Below are positions 62,086 to 64,000 of a stretch of 64,000 bases of DNA, piece by piece. A model generated the notes under the pieces. The model had not been told where the DNA came from, did no database searches, and worked only from the letters and a program-made list of their open reading frames with translations. The number at the start of each line of letters is the position of its first letter. Position 1 is the stretch's first letter. A program made the translations under genes and the position numbers. The DNA lies in the sequence record MT161459.1; one strand, given 5' to 3'.

Positions 62086-64000
62086 ATGCAAGTACAAAAA
62101 CGTGACGGTCGCATCGTCAACTTTGACCGATCCTTTATTGAAAATGCAGTAACTAAAGCAGTGCACACCGCTGGAGTACTGGATTCAAATTTCCCATTGC
62201 ATGTTACTAATGCAGTAGTTCGCAAGCTCCCACAAGATGGCGTTCTATCCATCTCCGATATCCAGAATGCTGTTGAAACCGTCCTAATGAAATCCCGCTA
62301 TCCAAACGTAGCTCGTGAGTACATCGAATATCGACACGATCGTGATCAAGCTCGCGAAATGACGAGTGACATGACCAAGCAGATTGACGGTCTCATGAAC
62401 GTGACCAATGATGACATCATCAATGAGAATGCCAACAAAGACGGCAACGTCATCCCCACCCAACGAGACCTACTCGCAGGCATCGTCAGCAAGCACTACG
62501 CGAACCACATGATCCCGAAACATATCATGCAAGCGCACAAATCTGGCGTTCTCCACTTCCACGATCTGGATTACAGTCCGCTGTTCCCTATGTTCAACTG
62601 TATGTTGATCGACATTGAGAACATGATGACCAACGGGTTCCGGATGGGCAATGCTTGGATCGAGACTCCACGCAGTATCGGTACAGCGTGTGCAGTTACC
62701 GCTCAGATCATTGCGCAAGTAGCTAGTCACATCTATGGCGGCAACACTATCAACCGTATCGATGAAGTCCTAGCTCCATATGTAACAGCTACCCACAAAA
62801 AGAACATCGAGTTCTTGGCATATGCTAAGTGTCCGGATGTTGAACGTGTAGCGATGGAAAAGACGCGCAAAGATGTGTACGATGCTATCCAAGCACTCGA
62901 GTACGAAGTGAATACCATGCACACTGCCAACGGCCAGACTCCGTTCTGTACGTTTGGTTTTGGTCTGGGAGACTCCTGGGAGTCTGCACTGATCCAAGAA
63001 AGCATCTTGAAGATCCGAATGGCTGGGTTGGGTAAGGATAAGCACACCGCCATCTTCCCGAAACTGGTATTCGCTATCAAGCAAGGTCACAATGCAAATC
63101 CAGGAGATCCGTTGTATCGTATCAAGCAACTGGCTCTCGAGTGTGCGTCCAAGCGTATGTATCCAGACATCGTCAGCTACGAGAAGATTGTTGAGCAAAC
63201 TGGATCCTTCAAGTTCCCGATGGGCTGCCGCAGTTTCCTACATCGTTGGACCAACGAAGAAGGCAAAGAGATTCATGAAGGTCGCAACAACCTCGGTGTG
63301 GTGACCTTGAACCTTCCTCGCATCGCGTTGGACTCGAATGGTGATCCGTCCAAGTTTATGGATCTGCTGGACGAACGAATGGAGCTGATCCGTCAAGCTC
63401 TGCAAGTTCGGATCGATCGTCTGAAAGGCGTCAAGGCTAAAGTGGCTCCAATCCTGTACGTGGAAGGTGCGTGTGGTGTTCGTCTGGATCCAGAAGACTA
63501 CGTTATGGACATCTTTGTCAATAAGCGTGCAAGCGTCTCAGCTGGTTACATTGGGCTGCACGAAGTCAGCGAGCTTATGAATCTTGGTGACGACCATGTA
63601 TTCGATAGTCCGACCAAGCAACGGTTCCTCGTTGATGTCATGGAACGAATGAAGTCTTGGATCCAGAAATGGAACGACTCCAGTACATTTGCATACAGCT
63701 TGTATGGTACTCCGTCCGAGAGCCTGTGCGATCGATTCTGCCGTCTGGACAAAGCTGTGTATGGCGATGTCGTTCCTGGCATCTTCGAGAAGGGATACTA
63801 CACCAACAGTTTCCACCTCGATGTCAACAAGAAAGTCAATCCGTACGAGAAGATGATCTTCGAGAAGCAATTCCTTTCGTCAACTACTGGTGGGTTTATC
63901 TGCTACGGAGAGTTTCCGAATATGCAGCACAATCTAGAAGCTCTGGAGGATGTCTGGGACTTCGCGTGTGCTAACGTTCCGTACTACGGCACCAATACTC
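62086..64000 (+). CDS. nrdD: class III anaerobic ribonucleotide reductase, truncated by window end
   Basis: MQVQKRDG ATP cone, HFHDLDY, FNC, MGCRSFL, GRNNLGVVTLNLP, YGTP.ESLC.RF, YYTNSFH; absent from ORF track because no stop. Confidence 0.95.
   Translation, partial: MQVQKRDGRIVNFDRSFIENAVTKAVHTAGVLDSNFPLHVTNAVVRKLPQDGVLSISDIQNAVETVLMKSRYPNVAREYIEYRHDRDQAREMTSDMTKQIDGLMNVTNDDIINENANKDGNVIPTQRDLLAGIVSKHYANHMIPKHIMQAHKSGVLHFHDLDYSPLFPMFNCMLIDIENMMTNGFRMGNAWIETPRSIGTACAVTAQIIAQVASHIYGGNTINRIDEVLAPYVTATHKKNIEFLAYAKCPDVERVAMEKTRKDVYDAIQALEYEVNTMHTANGQTPFCTFGFGLGDSWESALIQESILKIRMAGLGKDKHTAIFPKLVFAIKQGHNANPGDPLYRIKQLALECASKRMYPDIVSYEKIVEQTGSFKFPMGCRSFLHRWTNEEGKEIHEGRNNLGVVTLNLPRIALDSNGDPSKFMDLLDERMELIRQALQVRIDRLKGVKAKVAPILYVEGACGVRLDPEDYVMDIFVNKRASVSAGYIGLHEVSELMNLGDDHVFDSPTKQRFLVDVMERMKSWIQKWNDSSTFAYSLYGTPSESLCDRFCRLDKAVYGDVVPGIFEKGYYTNSFHLDVNKKVNPYEKMIFEKQFLSSTTGGFICYGEFPNMQHNLEALEDVWDFACANVPYYGTNT

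Noticed and set aside
58337-64000. Introns or inteins in nrdA, nrdB or nrdD, common in T4-like phages
   Set aside because: Frames are continuous with expected lengths and no homing-endonuclease or intein motifs were seen

Overview
64 kb segment of a large lytic T4-like (Tevenvirinae/Straboviridae-type) phage genome; all supported genes lie on the + strand. Contents in order: (i) a tRNA cluster (11 complete tRNAs, 19-4169) interleaved with several tRNA-sized RNAs that keep tRNA acceptor stems and CCA ends but have degenerate arms, plus two more tRNA-like elements at 4977 and 11731 (the latter a tRNA-Asn with a 40-nt insert in its anticodon stem); (ii) thymidine kinase and a TROVE/Ro60-like vWA protein; (iii) accessory modules punctuated by near-identical terminator/sigma70-promoter cassettes; (iv) a 1217-aa late-expressed protein with a PARP-like (H-Y-E) ADP-ribosyltransferase domain; (v) counter-defence candidates (DUF2829/Tad2-like sponge next to a Nampt-family enzyme, RlaP-like nucleotidyltransferase, HAD phosphatase, Mesh1-like HD hydrolase, LprI-like lysozyme inhibitor, outer-membrane beta-barrel); (vi) a 7-deazaguanine DNA-modification cluster (queE, folE, a QueD paralogue with an LxxxHxHxF motif, a TGT/DpdA-like enzyme; no queC in the window) followed by dNMP kinase, a dUTPase/dCTP-deaminase and an RlmN/Cfr-family radical SAM methylase; (vii) endonuclease VII, nrdA, nrdB and a 3'-truncated nrdD. 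A structured element with an identical 53-bp core occurs twice, 37.6 kb apart. All family assignments come from motif recognition by eye; no database searches or folding programs were run.
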